Below the pieces are notes generated by a model that was given only the letters and a program-made list of their open reading frames with translations, did not search any database and was not told the DNA's origin. A stretch of 30,176 bases of DNA from positions 24,822-54,997 of the forward strand of contig JAVZBY010000007.1 of NCBI GenBank assembly GCA_038874655.1. Reading direction: 5' to 3'. Positions 28,019 through 30,176 of the stretch are shown here, piece after piece. The position numbers were made by a program, and so were the translations under genes. Positions within the stretch are counted from its first letter, which is position 1. Each line of letters begins with the position of its first letter. The DNA comes from Candidatus Woesearchaeota archaeon (GTDB taxonomy: Archaea > Nanobdellota > Nanobdellia > Woesearchaeales > GW2011-AR15).

Positions 28019-29749
28019 TTAATGAAAATAACTATTCAACACATATTGATGTACCATTCTATGTGTGTTAAAGAAAGAAGCATTAAAAGCAATAGCATGT
28101 CTCATTATTTCTGTCCATTTGTCCCAGTCATTATAAAACATTGGAATTATGATTTCTCTTAATTTTAAGTACATTTCCTTTGCATCTTGGTTATCTGTTG
28201 CATAATCATCTTTTATATTGTTTTCATGCCATTTAGGGCCTATAGACCAGCCTGTTATGTTTTCTACATGGCCTTCAATCCACCAACCATCTAAAACAGA
28301 AAAACTAGGAATTCCATTATGTGCTGCTTTCATACCACTAGTTCCAGATGCTTCTAATGGTCTTCTTGGTGTATTTAGCCATAGATCAACTCCAGAAACT
28401 AGTAATTTTGCTAGTCTCATATCATAATCAACTAAATAAACAACTTTTATCTTATCTTTTAATCTTTCTATGATTTCAAATAATTTTCTTATTAGTTCTT
28501 TTCCTGCATTGTCTCTTGGATGTGCTTTTCCACCTATTATAACTTGAAATTTTCCAACATTATCATGAATATCAATTAATTCATTTAAATTTGAAAAGAA
28601 TAAATCTAATCTTTTATAGGGTGTGCTTCTTCTTGCAAAACCTATTGTAAAGGTATTATAATCTAAATCTGCATGTGTAATTGAATTGACATAATCAATT
28701 AATTTTTTTTTTGCTGATAAATGTGCTTCCCAAATCTCTTTTCTTGATATGCTTAAAGCATATCTTAAATTAAAAGGATCATAACGCCAAGCTGGAATAT
28801 GCTTATCAAATAACTCTTTAAATTCATCACATGTCCATACATATGAATTAACACCATTAGTTATTGAATCAATTGGATATCCTGGAAACATAGTTTTTGA
28901 AACTTCTCTGTGTCTTAGTGCAACACCATTTATGTATTCAGAATTATTCAATGCTAATAGGGTCATATTTAATTTATCATTATAAAAATACATATTAAGT
29001 ATTTGCTCATCCATAAAATCTTTACCTAAAATATGTAAAACATCATTTTTATCAAATTGATCATGTCCTGCTGGAACAGGTGTATGCGTTGTAAAAACAC
29101 ATTTCTTTTTGACTTCCATAAAATCATATTTTTTGAATATATCTGTTTCTTGTTTTTTTTCAGTTCTCTTTAATAATTCCAAAGTTAAAAAAGCAGAATG
29201 ACCTTCATTCATGTGATATTTTTTGATTTTTTTATATCCTAATGCTTCTAACATTCTAGTTCCTGCAATACCTAAGATAATTTCTTGTTTTATTCTGTAT
29301 CTAAGGTCTCCACCATATAAATGTGCTGTAATTTCTCTATCTTCTGGAGCATTTTCTTCTAAATTAGTATCTAAAAAATAAATCGGCACTTCAAACCCTT
29401 TTATGCCTACAACTTTATATTCCCAAGCAGCCACTTTTACTTCTCTACCCTCAATATTAACAGAAACTCTTTGAGGCATAAGTTTCATAAATTTTATAGG
29501 ATACCAATCTACTGGTTTTTCAATTTGATACCCATTTTGAATTTCTTGTTTAAAATAACCTTTATTACAAATTATAGAAATTGCAACAACAGGAACTATT
29601 AAATCTGCAAATGTTTTTATTGTATCTCCAGCTAAAATACCTAAACCACCTGAATAAGTAGGAATGTTTTCATCTATTCCTATTTCCATAGAAAAATATG
29701 CAATTGACCTTATATCTTTTTCATGCTGTTTTTCTAATAAGTGTTTCAT
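28019..29749 (-). CDS. glgP: alpha-glucan (glycogen/maltodextrin) phosphorylase, GT35
   Basis: AYFSMEIG, YSGGLGILAGD, HMNEGH, FTTHTPVPAGHD, ITNGV, GFARR..YKR and EASGTSGMKA (PLP Lys). SD GAGGT. Confidence 0.96.
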   Translation of the reverse strand: MKHLLEKQHEKDIRSIAYFSMEIGIDENIPTYSGGLGILAGDTIKTFADLIVPVVAISIICNKGYFKQEIQNGYQIEKPVDWYPIKFMKLMPQRVSVNIEGREVKVAAWEYKVVGIKGFEVPIYFLDTNLEENAPEDREITAHLYGGDLRYRIKQEIILGIAGTRMLEALGYKKIKKYHMNEGHSAFLTLELLKRTEKKQETDIFKKYDFMEVKKKCVFTTHTPVPAGHDQFDKNDVLHILGKDFMDEQILNMYFYNDKLNMTLLALNNSEYINGVALRHREVSKTMFPGYPIDSITNGVNSYVWTCDEFKELFDKHIPAWRYDPFNLRYALSISRKEIWEAHLSAKKKLIDYVNSITHADLDYNTFTIGFARRSTPYKRLDLFFSNLNELIDIHDNVGKFQVIIGGKAHPRDNAGKELIRKLFEIIERLKDKIKVVYLVDYDMRLAKLLVSGVDLWLNTPRRPLEASGTSGMKAAHNGIPSFSVLDGWWIEGHVENITGWSIGPKWHENNIKDDYATDNQDAKEMYLKLREIIIPMFYNDWDKWTEIMRHAIAFNASFFNTHRMVHQYVLNSYFH

Positions 29750-29965
29750 TTTACCTCTTTTTTTGATATTTTAAGTAAATAATAAGAAATTTATTTATTG
29801 GTTTAATAAACTTTTTGTTTTTATTTGTGATTATTTTGAAAAAGATATTTTTAATAATTCATAAACATTCCTATATAAGAGAGATTTAATCAAAAAAAGA
29901 AATATTTATATATAGATAATTTCTACTATAAAGTAGTTAATATAATTTACCTATAGGTGAAAAAG

Positions 29966-30176
29966 ATGAAAAAAAGTTTTTATGGAATATTATTATTAAT
30001 TTTTGTAGTTTCATTTCTTTTTTCAGTTGTAAATGTTAATGCTCTTTCCTGCTCAGGAAGTTGTGAAAGTGGTTCTGAATGTAATGCAGCTGGTGATCCT
30101 TCTGAGGGTAAAATGTGGTCATGCAGAAAAGTTAATGGTGCATTTCAATGTGTACAAGAAGAGATAAACGCAGGAG
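29966..30176 (+). CDS. secreted Cys-rich protein, 5' partial (runs off the window)
   Basis: SD AGGTGA 5 nt before ATG. MKKSFYGILLLIFVVSFLFSVVNVNA|LSCSGSCESGSECNAAGDPSEGKMWSCRKVNGAFQCVQEEINAG is a signal peptide followed by 5 Cys in ~40 aa. Confidence 0.8.
   Translation, partial: MKKSFYGILLLIFVVSFLFSVVNVNALSCSGSCESGSECNAAGDPSEGKMWSCRKVNGAFQCVQEEINAG

Noticed and set aside
28218-28427. 69-aa + strand ORF
   Set aside because: Shadow inside the glucan phosphorylase gene.
1-30176. CRISPR array, tRNA/rRNA, IS or integrase
   Set aside because: No regularly spaced repeats, no GC-rich structured islands in the intergenic regions, and no transposase or recombinase motifs seen.

Overview
Very AT-rich archaeal chromosomal segment. 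Spt5, Sec61-gamma/SecE, L30e, KH-only NusA, archaeal-type uS12/uS7, a group II thermosome, Dph6, GGTGA Shine-Dalgarno sites and TTTATATA boxes are all archaeal. The broken-up operons and many small orphan or membrane genes suggest a DPANN (Woesearchaeota-like) genome, which is an inference. Content is mostly housekeeping: glycogen breakdown, nucleotide/C1 metabolism, RNA modification and redox. No tRNA, rRNA, CRISPR array or mobile element is recognisable. The standout is an intact 679-aa ATP-cone class II (B12) ribonucleotide-reductase-like gene. It keeps the thiyl-radical Cys but has lost both active-site reducing cysteines, has NPCGE changed to DPCGD, and has no C-terminal Cys pair. It overlaps a PduO cobalamin adenosyltransferase and is followed by thyX, so it is a candidate new AdoCbl radical enzyme or non-canonical RNR. 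Other oddities: a uS12 whose conserved PNSA decoding loop reads PHSG; a glycogen debranching gene that appears to start at ATT behind a hairpin-paired SD; a frameshifted AbrB-PhoU regulator; a tail-anchored CBS protein between two paralogous ECF-S-component-like membrane proteins; and a Dph6-GATase gene pair.
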